Shown here: piece after piece, positions 24,180 to 37,013 of the stretch
Layout of the letters: each line of letters begins with the position of its first letter
Position numbering within the stretch: the first letter of the stretch is position 1
Assembly (NCBI GenBank): GCA_958009085.1
Contig: OY253672.1
Location: 1,364,001-1,428,000 of the forward strand
Direction of reading: 5' to 3'
DNA from: Protoeuglena noctilucae
Lineage: Eukaryota
DNA length: 64,000 bases
Position numbers and translations under genes: made by a program
Notes under the pieces: generated by a model
The model's database searches: none
What the model saw: the letters and a program-made list of their open reading frames with translations, nothing else
What the model was told of the DNA's origin: nothing

Positions 24180-26041
24180 ATGTCGTGCCGGTTGCAGTTC
24201 GAGGCCGTGTATCGCACGCGGCGGTTTGGTTTCTTTCTCCCACTGGCGCTGCGCGCGCGAAGCAAAGCGCCATGCATTGCCCGTCAAGCCGTGCGTGCCG
24301 CGAGCGACGACGCGGCGGGCGGGAACGCCGCGACTGTTTTGCGAGTTACGGCAGAGAACATGAAGCAGCGATTGGATGCTTTCGTTTCCGAGAACTTGTC
24401 GGACGTGACCCGGTGCGACGTCGGCAAGGCGGCGGCGTTGGCCACGGCGCCCCGCGCCGCGCGCGTGGTCCCACGCTTCCGCGCTTCGTTGTCGCAGTGC
24501 TCGAGTCCAGAGTAGCATCCGGGAGGGTTTGATTCTGGTCAACGGGTCTCCCTGCGACAAGACAGGCCACCGTCTGCGTGTCGGGGACACGGTGCAGGTC
24601 CTGGGCCTTCGCCAGTCTCCGCCCATGGCAGCGTTCCCGGAGTCTATACCTTTGGACATCGTGCACGAGGACGAGTGGCTGCTGGTGGTCAACAAGCGGG
24701 CGGGGATGGTGGTCCACCCGGCCCCTGGCAACTACACGGGGTGGGTTGCGGTGCAGACATCCACACATGACGCGCTGTGGGCTCTGGCGCACGCGTCACC
24801 TTCTTCTGTTACCGCAGGACACTGGTGAATGCCCTCCTGCATCACTTGGACCTCCCTGCCATGTCAGCTGAGTCGATGGAAGGCGAGGAGATGGCCGATG
24901 ACGATGGAGACGACGTGGATGGCGACGCAGAGGGGAGCGGGGCGGGAGAGGGCGACGGAGACGTGGCGAATGGCGGAAACACACCCGGGTTGTCGTGGCA
25001 GGGAAGCGGGGCGTTTGGTCGGAGGGGCGCGGCTGCGGATGGACCAGCCGAGGCGCCCGTGCGCCCTGGGATCGTTCACCGGATCGACAAGGGCACATCG
25101 GGGCTACTGGTGGTCGCCAAGGACGACTTCACGCTGGTGAGGGGTTGTTCTTTCACTGTTACTTGGTGCGGCTGTCCCTGCCTCCTCCGTTGCCCCTCTT
25201 TGCGGCACGTATCAACCAGCATGCGGCAGAGCATGCTTCGACGTCACACACTCGCAGGCGCAGCTCTGTGACCTCTTCAAGGCACGGCAGGTGGACCGTA
25301 CGTACCTGTCGGTCGTGTGCGGCACGCCTCGCGAGCCCAGGGGCCGCGTGGAGACGCTGGTGGCGCGGGACTCGGCTGACCGAAAGCGCATGACGGCACT
25401 TCCCATGGGATCCAGCAGGCGAGGGCGTATGGGGTCGCAGGCCATGCCTAATAGGGCCGCACTTGATGCCATGCGTGCTAATTGGTTTGCGGCAGATGGT
25501 GTTTCACTGACAGCTGTAACACCCCTCGTTGCATCGCCATTCTCACCCGTTCTGCGCAGGGGCCGGGTCGCCGTCAGCAACTACCGCACCGTCGAGTCAC
25601 TGAATGGGGTGTCTGTCGTGCAATGGAAGCTTGAGACGGGTCGCACGCACCAGATCCGGGTGCATGCCAAGTACATGGGGCATCCGCTCGTGATGGACGA
25701 TACCTACGGAGGCACATTTGTGAGTCTAGCGGAGTGGGCTTGGAACAGGGTGCGAGGTTGCTAGAGGATGACGACGTGGCGGAGTGGTTGGGGTGGTGTT
25801 GACCTGGGCCCCGCCTCGGCTGCCCCAGGCACGGTCGACGCAGGGAATGACCAAGCTGACGCGAGATCGACTGGCACCCACCGTCAAGGCTCTGGGCCGC
25901 CCGGCGCTGCACGCCATGACGCTGGGTTTCCGACACCCGAAGACTGGCAGCAGATTGGACTTCAAGGTCCCGCCGCCCGCGGACATGCAGGCGCTTCTGC
26001 ATGGCGTAGGGTCGCAGCTCGTGGAGGGCGGGGCGGATTGA
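24180..26041 (+). CDS. Organellar RluA/RluD-family RNA pseudouridine synthase with an S4 domain
   Basis: Transit-peptide-like N-terminus, RLDAFVSENL (S4), VVNKRAGMVVHPAPG, catalytic PGIVHRIDKGTSG, LETGRTHQIRVH and RPALHAMTLGFRHP. Confidence 0.93.
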
Positions 26042-26149
26042 TCGAGATAAACGGCGTGCGCCAACGCAACCATAGGCACGCGTCAAGGTCGCTTGACAGG
26101 CTTCAACTCTCCGCCGGTGATGCGCCCACTGACGCGCTCGGCGCCCTCG

Positions 26150-28636
26150 TCACCGCCCGCGCTTCGTAATCTTTGAGGGCGGTTTGACTGCTGTCGTCTC
26201 CACCATCCCATCGCCGCCCCCCTTCCCGTCCCCATCGCCCTCCCCCTTGCTCTCCCGCTTCCCATCCCGGTCCTCCTTGCCTATCCGGGACTTCAGGTCA
26301 CCCCTGCCGCCGCCAGGGCCCCCGCCCCGCCCTGCCTCGGCCGCCCGCCCCCGCCCCCGCCCCAACGCAGCACTGAAGCCCCCGCCCGTCCGCTTCTGCG
26401 AACCCATGCTGCTCTGCTGACGCTCCAACCTGCAACGCAAGGCCAATTATATTGTATAAGCCTTCTCCTCATGTCTGGGGAGCCTCAATCGGTAGGATGG
26501 ACATGGGCACAGGCAACCTTGCAACCTTTGAGCACGATACCAACCGCAGCCAGACACCGCCACCGCGGCTCACCGCGACCCCGACGAGACCCTCGTTCCC
26601 AGCCCCCGCTCCCCGTCGCCCCCGCGGCTGGCGCCCCGGCTGCCCCCGGCCCTCGCCAGCCCCATACTGGGCTCCCTAGGACCCGCGTCGCCGTCTGCCT
26701 CACGCCCTCCCGCAGCCTCCTCCGCCACCTCCTCCGCACGCGGCTCCTCGGGGCCCTCTGTGTCGTCCCCGGCCACCTCCTCTGGCGTTTCATGCGGGGC
26801 CGGGTCATCCCCCGCCGTCCCGGGCCTATCGGGCAGCTCCGACGTCTCGGCCTCCAGCTCCCCGTTTGGTAGCGTCTGCGGGGAGCAAAGGACACGCGAC
26901 GGCGGCTCAGGGCTCGCCAAGGCAACGCAGGGGCAACAACGACAACCAGCTGCGTCGCGTTTTTGCGTGCCCCCTCGCGCCCCTCGCCTCGATCTGCACG
27001 GCGGCCCGCTCGTGCAGCATCTTCTGCACACGATCGCGCGCCACCATTCGCCGGAAATAGGACTGGATGATCACGACCGCCTCGTCGGCCGTCAGCTCCG
27101 ACGCGAGCTTGTAGCTCCGCTTCTTCTTGGACCCTGAGTCGTCGACGAGGATCATCATGAGCAGCACGCGGGGCTCGTCCAGCTTCGCGAGCTTGAAGTC
27201 CACCTCGGCCCGAAGGCTCTCCAGGCGCTCCACCTCACGCTCGCGAGACCTGCGGGGCGCCGCGGGCGGCGAGGCCGTTTGATTGGGCTGCGCAGGAAAG
27301 CCGCAGGTCGTCGCCGCACGCGCCGCGCGCTCCCTCGCCTGAGCTCGTGCTCGCGCATGCGGAGTGGCAGCAGCGCCCCCTGGAGCTTCTTGATCTGGAT
27401 CTTGGCGGCCCGGAGGTCCCGGTCGCGCTCCTCGAGCTCCCGCGCGATCTCGTCGCGCTCCGCCTGCGCCTCCGCTTGCTCCTTCTTGGCCGTCGCCACC
27501 GCCTGCTTGGCGCCCCGGACCTCCACGCGCGACGACAGCTCCAGAACCTCGATGCGCTTCTCGAGGTCCGCGATCTTCCGATTGCGCTCCTCGAGCTGCC
27601 GCTGCGCCTCCTCGAGCTGCTTGCGCGTGACGGGCTCGGCCTCCACGCTCTTCTTGAACTCCCTCAGGTCCCGCAGCTTCTCCTTGTACTTGTCGATGTG
27701 CGCCATCTGCATCTGGATGATGCGCTCCTGCTCCTTGTGCACCGTGCGGGACTTACGGAGCTGCTCCTTCGCCACCCGGTTGTCCTCCACGAGGGCCCGC
27801 ACCCGGGGCGGCAGGTCCATCGTCTGGCTGTACTCGAAGTGCAGCGTGGCTTTCGCGAAACCTGCGAGCAGATGGATGTGACAAATCTCGTTGCGTTGCC
27901 GGGGCCACAGCGGGGACCGGGGCGCCGGCGCGCGCGCGCGGGGCCCGCAGGCGCACCCGGCTCCACGTTCTTGGCCTTCCGCAGCTCCTGCTCGAGGACC
28001 TGCTTCTCCTTGCGCAGCACTTCCAGCTCCTGATTCGCCTCTCCTGCCGTACGCTCGATGGAGATCATATGGCTCTGGGGGCGGGAGGAAAACGCGCGGC
28101 ATGGTTGTTGCGGGTCGCCGAGACTCTGACCCGAGAGCCGGGGGGGCTCCCAGACACACGCGAGAAACCAAGCCTTCATCCGTTACGCGTGTGCCGAAGG
28201 GACAGGGGGCATCACCGAGGGATGCAGCGGGGGCGCGCCCGTTCGCCCGGCATGGCCCTCGTGTGGATGCGTCAGCTGCCCCGACTCTCCCACGCCAGTG
28301 CGGGGCCGCTGGTAGCATCTCATACCCTCGTTCCGACGGTGCATCAGGCGCACGCACCTGAAGCTCGTGCAGGAGCGCCATGGTCTTCATAGTCTGCATG
28401 TGCCCCCCCGTCCTGACGTCCTGCTGCAGGACGGGGGACAGCGATTGCCGCTTCGGCGGCAATGTATTTGTTCCCGCCGTGACGCTCATCGCTCCGACCC
28501 CAGCCCCTCGGAGGAACCCGTCCTCCCGACCGTCGGCGTCGTCAGCGCCCCAAAGCTCCCTCGCGGGGCTGTATCCCCGAGCTCTCCTAACGAAATGCGC
28601 GTCGGCGACGCCCTTTGATGCCGAAGGATTCTGCAA
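26150..28636 (-). CDS. Lebercilin-like coiled-coil protein with an IQ motif (5' end unresolved)
   Basis: Coiled coil DLPPRVRALVEDNRVAKEQLRKSR...LEERNRKIADLEKRIEVL resembles the LCA5 domain. IQ motif AVVIIQSYFRRMVAR. Ends ...KITKRGR* at 26150. Confidence 0.6.
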
Positions 28637-28991
28637 CCTGTTGGCAAACCAGTCAGCTTTCCCCTAGCACCGACACAGACGAATGCAACACGCGGTCACG
28701 GAAGTGGATGGGCAAGCTGGCCGCTATAGGGCTCGGCTCGCGCATCAGGTGCAGAGGGCGACGTGCGTGCCGGCGACACGTACATTCCGTCACATCGCTG
28801 CACTCGCTGCGAGCTCTCCGAGGCCCGAGCCCCGCACAGGACTCAGTTCATACGATCCTGACGCGGACCGGCGCGCTTGCTTCGTAAACTCCCACCAGTG
28901 ACTGCAGCGACCAACTGGTTTTCCTTCCATCGCGCGTTCCAGAGGCCAACGAGAGCACTGGGCGTCGCTCGGGGTTAGGAGGGGCGGGGGG

Positions 28992-31032
28992 ATGACGGGG
29001 GGAGTGGATCCCGCCGCTACGGCGACGGAGGTGGACCCCCTCATCGTGCTGGCGAAAAAGGTGAGGCTCACCCTCGCGTGTGCGCTGGATCTGGCGCGAT
29101 GTTTCCGCTCGCCGCTTTCCATCGCGACTTTGGGAGTTCCTGTGCCACGCGAGACGCGTGTCGTCCCCGGAGCAGGCGCGGGGCGAAGCGTACGCGTTGT
29201 GTCCTTCGGACTGCCTTGGGATGGCCCCCGGCATGTGTTGCCGAGTTAAATGCCTCGCCGCGGCTCTGCACATTGCACTTTACACGAAGCTTGGGCTTGT
29301 GCGCGTGCACCTCCTCCCGGGACGCCCCCACGGTCTCTCGATGGTGGCCAGCCGTTTCCAGGCCACCATTGGTGATCTTGCGACGCTCAGGACGCGCTCG
29401 CCGTTGCTTCGACTCTCGTGCTTGCGTCGCTCGCAGCGCTTCCTGCTGAAGCACACGGACGTGGAGGGCGTGGACCGCACAGCGTTGCGCAGCGATATCC
29501 TGTCCTACATCGAGTCCCGGAGCGCGGCTCCCATGTACGACCACTTTTGTCAGAGCCTTGGGTGGGCGCGGGACGCGGCGCTGGCCGAGCGCATGGCCTC
29601 GGCGAACCGCGCGAAGCTGGAGGAGCTGGAAGCCAAGCTCAAGGACGCTGAGGAGAACCTCGGCGATGTGGAGGTCCGGGAAGCGCTGCTGGCCAAGGCG
29701 GACTATCTTGCATCGATCGGGGACCTTGACGCGGCGCTCGCGGCGTACGACGCGACGGGTGCGTGGCGCGACGCAGTTGCTGAATTTCTCCGCGCCAGCT
29801 CCGCCCAGGCACGCCCCGAACACCGCGCGCGCCCTGAAGCACCTCGCAGAGGCCAAGACGATCGCGATGGGTCAGAAGCTGGACCTCGTCTTCAGCTCCC
29901 TGCGCCTGGGCATCTTTTTCGAGGACTGGCACCTGGTGAAGGCCCGCCTGGCCAAGAGCCAGAAGATCTTCGAGATGGGGGCTGACTGGGAGAGGAAGAA
30001 CAGGCTGAAGGTGCGCCGAAGCGGCTGGGATGGGCCGCGCGGCGTCTAGCGTGTCGATGCATGCGCCGGCCTGCGTTTTGCTTCCAGCTGTATGCCGCCA
30101 CTTTTGCCCCACCCCGCAGGTCTACGAGGCCGTGATGCACATGGCAACGCGCAACTTCGAGCGCGCCGCCAACCTCCTGGGCTCTTCCGTGGCCACCTTC
30201 ACCACCGTTGAGCTCATGTCGTATTCCGACTGCATCGGCTACTTTGTCCTGATGGCCATGGTGGCACTCGACCGCCCCCGCCTCAAGAAGGAGGTCATCG
30301 ACTCGCCCGAGGTCCTCTCGGTCATGCCCAAGCTGCCGCACCTGCGCGACTACGTCACGTCCTTCTACGATTGCAACTATCGTGGGTTCTTCCAGGCAAG
30401 GGCAGCGGCAGGCTAAGGGCAGCAACAGGCTAAGGGCAGCGGCAGACTAGACTAAGGGCAGCGACAGGCTAAGGGCTGGCCGTCTGGGCGAGCGGGCACC
30501 CGCGCCGGCCTTGCGAACCACGCAACGTCGCCACCTCCCACCCCACCTCTTCCCTGTCCCTCTTCCCTACCCCCACCTCTTCTCTCACCCACTCTTTATC
30601 CTGCCTCCCCCACCCCCCCGTTCCCCGTCCCCTCCCACTCGCCCTGGCTCACCCCAACACCTCCCGTCCCCACCCCAGGCCCTCTCGCGCGTGGCAGACA
30701 CAGCTGCCGCCGACCCCTACCTCCGCGCCCACGTGCGGCACTACCTGCTTGAGGTCCGGGTGGCCGCGTTCCGTCAGTTCCTCGAGCCCTTCAAGTCCGT
30801 AGAGCTGCGAGTCATGGCTGAGTCATTCGGCATGTCCCCTTCCTTCCTGGATGCCCAGCTGATGGAGCTCATCGTGACGGGGCGGCTGTCGTGCAAGATG
30901 GACCGCGTCGCGGGGGTCATCCAGACCAACCAGCTCGACAGCAAGAACGTCGTGTACCAGAAGACGCTCAAGGACGGGGATGCCCTGCTCACGCGCCTAC
31001 AGAAGCTGTCCAAGGTCACCGACATGGACTGA
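28992..31032 (+). CDS. RPN7: 26S proteasome lid subunit RPN7 (PSMD6)
   Basis: MTGGVD...LIVLAKK|RFLLKHTDV, DAEENLGDVEVREALLAKA, GADWERKNRLK|VYEA, and a PCI C-terminus LSCKMDRVAGVIQTN...LQKLSKVTDMD. Confidence 0.96.
30393..30478 (+). repeat. Intronic minisatellite, unit ~CAGGCTAAGGGCAGCRR
   Basis: About 5 imperfect copies starting at the RPN7 GC donor (CAG|GCAAGGGCAGCGG). Confidence 0.85.
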
Positions 31033-31208
31033 TGCATGTACTGACAGTGCCATCGGCGGGGCATGTTGTCATGGACGCTGCTGTGGCGTGTCTGGTTGAA
31101 GTAAACTACTAAATTTTGCAATACCTTGCTGTGCTGGAGCGTTTGGAGGGACATGCATGACACAAGCGTGCACAAGAGGGCGGCCATGCAGGCTGCCTTA
31201 TTAGCTAT

Positions 31209-34200
31209 TCACGCCAGCTCTGCTAGCGCCCCATCGCCCGCCTCGTCCGCCGCGGCGACCTTGACCAGCACCGTCGCAATGTCCAGCGGCCGCACGAGCA
31301 CCACCGTGCGAGCCTGCAGCCCCTCGCTTCCCCCGCCGCTTATGAGGTCGGGAGCCTCGGCTGGGTCGTATATCCGCGAAAGGAGAGCAGGGTCGATCAC
31401 GCCCTGGGCTGCAAGGTGTGATGCCTCAGCAGGAGGCACTGGGTCAGGCTCCGGCTGGTTGGCCGTAAGCGACACTTGCTGAACCGCCAGCACCTTCATT
31501 CTGCGTCAAAGCGTGTAGAGCATGTCTTAGCATGTAGAGCATATCGTAACACGCCCATCTGCCTGAATGTGACTCATCGCGTGACTTGCACATGACTGAC
31601 TCTCGCATGCATGCACACGGTCTGCCCCAGCTCCCCGTAGCTTCTCACCGGCTTGTGAAGAGCTGCGCCAGATCCACCGCGGTCGTCTGCCCGAGGTCCC
31701 CCGCGGTGCCCTCGGGGTACAAATGGCTCAGACGCACGAGGAGCACCCCGGGCCGCCACCACTGCAGCGAGAGCAGGTGCAGGTTGCGGGGGAGAGGGGC
31801 GAGGAAGGAGACGCCCAGGGGACCGGGGGGGTCAGCAGAGGCACCGCCGCCGCTCTTGTTGTTTGAAGTGGTGTGGGCGTGGGTGGCGCTGGCGTCTTTG
31901 ATGCTGTCGACGCCGTGGCTGTACCGGCCCTACAAAGGGACGGGAGCGCTGCCATCTCAGCACCACCGGTGTGCCCCCCGGTACCGCTCAAGACGAACAC
32001 CCCAGAAACAGTCGCCTCCCTCACTTGCACCCCCACGAGCGCCCACGGCTCCTCCCGCAGCTGCATGGCCGTCCGCAAACGCTCCTCCATCCCCGCTTCG
32101 CCCGACAGCAGCAGCCGCGCGCGGCCCCACACGACCTGTTTCTGGCACGGCGCTTGCGGGGCATTACCCGGCACGGTCCCGCACATGTCCTCGTCCAGTG
32201 GCTCGGAGAGGCCGCGGCCGTCGTCGCTCTTCAGGCGCCTGGAAGAGTAGAGGGACGTGACGCAAGTGTGTTTGTCAGTCACTCACAGAGTCGATGCCCA
32301 TGTGCGGATAGGGCACCGAGGCAGCACTGAAGACTGACATGTAACAAGTGAGCAAGTGCTTACATGTGCACCCTAACCTCCACCACGTGTATGCACCGCC
32401 AACTCACCGGTGCACCATGATTTCCATCTCCCCGTCGCGCGCGCTCGCCACGCCCAGCCCCCGGTCCACCACCACGCACGCTGCCCTGCCCGACGGCCCC
32501 GACTCCCTCGCCAAGCACCCCGCGGCGCTGGCAGGGTAAAACCCAGACGCCACCGGGTCCGAATCGTCCGCCCCCGGCCGCGCCCGTTCTACCATGAGGC
32601 GTCCGTTCGCGTCGGTGGCGAGGGACGTCCGGGGCCCGAGGTCCGTCGTGATGCGGAGCACCACGTCCCTGCCCACCTCGCCGGCATCTGCGTGCGGTCA
32701 TGGCTAGCGGTGGTTTGTGTGCTGCACATCAGCGAATCAAGCTGCGCTGTGCGTAGCAAACATCGGGCTGTGTCGGGGGCAAAAGGAAGGGCTGCGTGCA
32801 TGTATGTATGGCCTCACCGAGCGGGATCGCCCCGATGGTCCAGTCGACCACCACCGCCCGCTCTCCCGGCAGCAGGCGCACGGTCAGGAATGCCCAGTCA
32901 GAGAAGTGCTGCCGGAGCTCCATGATGCCAGACGCACTGCACACGGCCTCCGTGACCACGGGCCTGCGGGGGGCGACGTGGGACAGGCATGAGGGCTGGG
33001 CAGCGTGACGGACATGCAGATGGAGGGAGCGAGGGGATTCATGGGTAGAGAACAAGGGTAGTTTGCCCATGGCCCACTCTCACTCACTTGCCACCATATC
33101 TGCCCTCTGCCCCACCCTCTGCCCCACCCTCACCCGATTGCCACCGGGTCGCGGCCTGCAGGCCGGAACACATGGTGGCCCCCCAGCTGCCCCTTTCCGT
33201 CGGCCCCCGCCCACTCCAGGTAGTACGCCAAGTCGAGCGTCACTGCCGCACTTGTGCCGTCCTCCAGGTTTTCCACCGATGAGACCAGGCCAGTCGATGC
33301 GGACGTGGTGACCTGGGGCTAAGGAACCATGGACATGTGCAGTAGCAGTGGAAAGGACTCCAAGGTTGGCACCAAGCATGAGATGGGGACATGCCGAACA
33401 TGCCGCTGTGCGCAATACACGTGCACGGTGGCCATGCCACCACAACGTCCTTAAAACATCGGCACAGCGACTCACCTCAAAGAATTCGTTCCTCACGACC
33501 CACCCACCGTCCCCTGCACCACCGCGCACTCGCTCGCAGTCCTGCAGCGTCGCCTGGTCTTGAACACGTCCCTGCTTCCCTTCACGGCTCGTCGCGGGCC
33601 CTCCACTGTGCTTCCGGGCTTCAGATGCCACTTGCCGCCCCGACTGCCCCGCCCCTGTCTCCCCCACCTCCCCGTCGCCTGCCGACTCCTCAGTCTTGAT
33701 CGTCACGACGGTGTAGCCCACGGGGGGCGTCGTCAGGTGCAGCCACATGACCGTGTCGCTGACGGGCCCTGGGGTGGGCGCCGGGGCCACGCCGGCAGGG
33801 CCAGCCAGGCTGGGATCGTTCGTCGCCCCCAGCCATGCGTCCCGCACGTACACCTCTGCCTTCCCCAGCGCCCACACCTGCGCTCACCGCATGGATTGGC
33901 TCGGGTCAGCCCTAAGCACTAAGCCACACCACGACAAAGCGAGGCCAAAACCCGTCGCCCCGACGTCTGACCCGTGCCCCACCTCTCCCTGTCTTTAACT
34001 TTTACAATATCAGAGCCCCAGCCCAACTCGCCTGGCTGGGCACCTCCGCCCCCGCGGCGTCGCGCACCACGAGCCTGCTCCCGTCAGGCACACGCACGGG
34101 CAGCCGGAGCCAGTGCGACCGCGGCCAGGCCAGGGGGTTCCACGCCACGACCCGCACGTCCTGCCCGCGCGACGTGCCGATGACGCTCCACCTGCACAGC

Positions 34201-36602
34201 GTGACGTTCAGGTGCGGGCAGTGGTGCAGCACCTGTCCCCCGGGCTGAGCCGTCATGCGCGATGCCACCGCACCACGGGCACCACGCACACCGCCCTCGT
34301 TGGCGCTGCCGTCTCCGTACATGTCCAGCAGCACCTCGACCGATTGCCGCATGCCCTGCCAGCCGTCCTCCATCCCCATGTGCACGCTGCGAGTGGTGCA
34401 TCGCATCACCCCATGCGTCGCTCACGGTGCGGTGTTAGCCAGCCAGATGAGACCGCAGACTTCGCCCGTCCACAACAGCTTACATTCCCTCACTGCCACG
34501 CACACACTCATCCCCCAACGCGCACAAGTCGTCCACCCCCCCAGCCCCTCACCGGAATGCGTAGTCGTCTGCCACCGCCTGCCGCACCGTCCCCGTCATG
34601 GCGTCGTGGTGCTGCGTCATGGCCACGGCCTCGTCCAGCGACCGCGTCCACCCGCCCTCTGGCATGCGGTCCTCCGCCAGAACCTGACCCAGGGCCTCCA
34701 CCTGCCGGACCACCTGCAGGATGACACGGCACGCCATCTAAGCTGTGATGACACACCGCCCGTCACATACACCCGGGCTGTTCTGTGCATGTGCTGTCAT
34801 TTACAGCCTAATACTTCTTGCATGCTGCGCACCCCGACCCTCTACACACACACACACCCCGCCCCTCACCTGCAGGAACCGCCCCGCGTATCGGAAGTAC
34901 CCCTTGTGCCCCGGTCGGCTGGCAAAGAGCCCCGTCCACACGGCCTGGGGCGCGTCTGCGTACACCGACAGGTCGTCCCTGCCCGCGGGGAGCTGGAAGG
35001 TGGACATGGAGGCGTCGAGCATGGTGGGCGTGGAGTAGAAGGCGTTGTATTCGCCGTCGTTGTTGACGGCGTCGATCAGTCGGTCCAGATTGGCAAAGGC
35101 CGACTCGGCTGCTGCGAAGTAAAAGGGGCCACCAAAAAGGACAGCCAGGTGCTGCTCCCCGAAGGAGGAGGGCTGGTCCTGGGCCAGCTGGGCCACATGG
35201 CGTTTGAAGGCGGCCACGCGGGCAGCGACGTTGCACTCCAGGCGCAGGTAGTCGTCGATCACTGCGATGGGAAGGGGAGGGGAGTGAGACGTGGGCAGGT
35301 GGCAGGGGGGTTCTAATCTCTGCGTCCGTGATGTCGTACTAAGGACTGGGACGTGGGGAGATGGAGGGTGCCATAGCGGCCTTAATAGGGCAGCCAAGGA
35401 TTGCGACGGGAGTGACATGAGCATCACCGCAGCGGCAGGCAATGTCTGGGATAACCTCACCCGGCTCGGCGTCGCCGAACATGAGGTCGAAGTCAAAGCC
35501 ATCCGGCGGGGCGAAACCCCCACTGTGGGACGCGTGGGTGCGCAGCGTCTGCGCCCCGGGCACCGCCTGCCCGCCCTGTCCTCTCAGGTCCCACAGGAAC
35601 GCCAGGGACTTGCGATCCCGCATGGCCTGCAGGACATCATAGCGCGTGCGGCCCAGGAACAAGGAGCGGAGACCCGACCGCCTCAGCAGCGCGGCGCTGG
35701 CGGCGGAGTGGCCGTAAGGGTCCAGCTGCCACCCTGTGTGGGGTTCGAACCCGAGCTCCTCCTTGAGGAAGCGGTGGCCGAGGGTCATCTGGTCCACGAT
35801 GCCCCCGTAGTGGGTCAGCCCCTCGTCGTGCTGCACCCAGCCGCCCCCCGCCACCTCCAGCTGTCCCGCAGCCACGAGTCGCGACAGCAGAGTGTGGTCT
35901 GACTCGGGGCGGTTGTCCCACCACCTCGACAAGAAGGCCACCTGCGTTCAGTAGTGGGACAAGGCAACACAGCTGGGTTGAGCGCCATCATCACCACTGC
36001 CGCTGCCACTGGCACCGCCATCATGTCACAGGTCTGGCATCACAGACGCGCCCCACCTCCCCGATGGTGAACTTGCGCAAGGCATCCCGGCGGAGGGACT
36101 CCACCACGCTGTCGATGGCGTACTGCGCCGACGCCGGAGTGACCGACGCCGCGCTCCCCCAGTAATACTGCTCGAGATTTTTGAGACGCCCGGCATCGAA
36201 GTGGCTGTGGCATATGATGTGGATGTTGATCTTCCCCGGCTGGGGACCGGACACCCGCTTGGCGGCGCCCTGCGGACAGTTGTGCACTTTTGACCGATCC
36301 CGCGCGTTCACTTCAGTCCAACGCGCAGCTCGTGTGGATTTCTTGACACTCTTTGAGGTGTTCGCTTCCATCTCAGCGCGACGGGCCAGCGAGATGTGTC
36401 TCAGCGGCATCGCAAATCAGTTCACGAGCTCAGGCCGGGGCCTCACCGACTCTTGAGCACGGGACGCGATGCCTGTTGGATACCCAGCGTCAGCAATGAG
36501 CGCAGCAGCGGCGACGCACCCAGCGCCGAGCAGGAGAAGCGCGACGAGTGCGTGGTGCCAAAGCGAGGCCGCCAAGCCAGCCCGCGGCCCCCTCCCCCGC
36601 AT
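31209..36602 (-). CDS. GH38 alpha-mannosidase-like protein with a signal peptide and a divergent active site
   Basis: HSHFDAG, GQLEVAGGGWVQHDE, GWQLDPYGHS (nucleophile), VWTGLFASRP, QHHDAMTGT, VVAWNPLAWPR and TDANG motifs. Hydrophobic N-terminal signal peptide. Confidence 0.92.
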
Positions 36603-37013
36603 CGTTGGCGTGTGGCGGCACACGATATGAAATCGTTACGGAATCGCGGCAATATGACTGGAACGAGCCCCTGCGGTCGCGGGAGCGACCCGGCAAGGCT
36701 TCTGCCAGCTGCTCGGGCCCGATGCGAGCGGGACTTGCCACCCCGAGATGAGACACAGTTGCTTGAGAAAGCAAGCTGACGATTGCAGGCTCACAGGCCC
36801 TTTCGTGGGCCCCTAACGGCGTCCATGGCTTGGTGTGTCTGACATTGCAGCACATTTTTGGGCATTCGGCGGCTTAATGTGCGCGCGTGCTTTGTGAAAA
36901 CGACGTTGTCCCAGCCCTCTACGCCCAGCAGTCGGTGGTCGCTCCATCACTGCGCGCTGTGGCAGAGACAGCAAGCCTAAAGGTCTTGCACGCCGGCTTG
37001 CCGCCCATCGGCC

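Noticed and set aside
35695..35760. GGCGGAGTGG...GGGTTCGAACCC tRNA-like motifs
   Set aside because: The cloverleaf does not pair, and the sequence is the antisense of the conserved GH38 GFEPHTGWQLDPYGHS exon.
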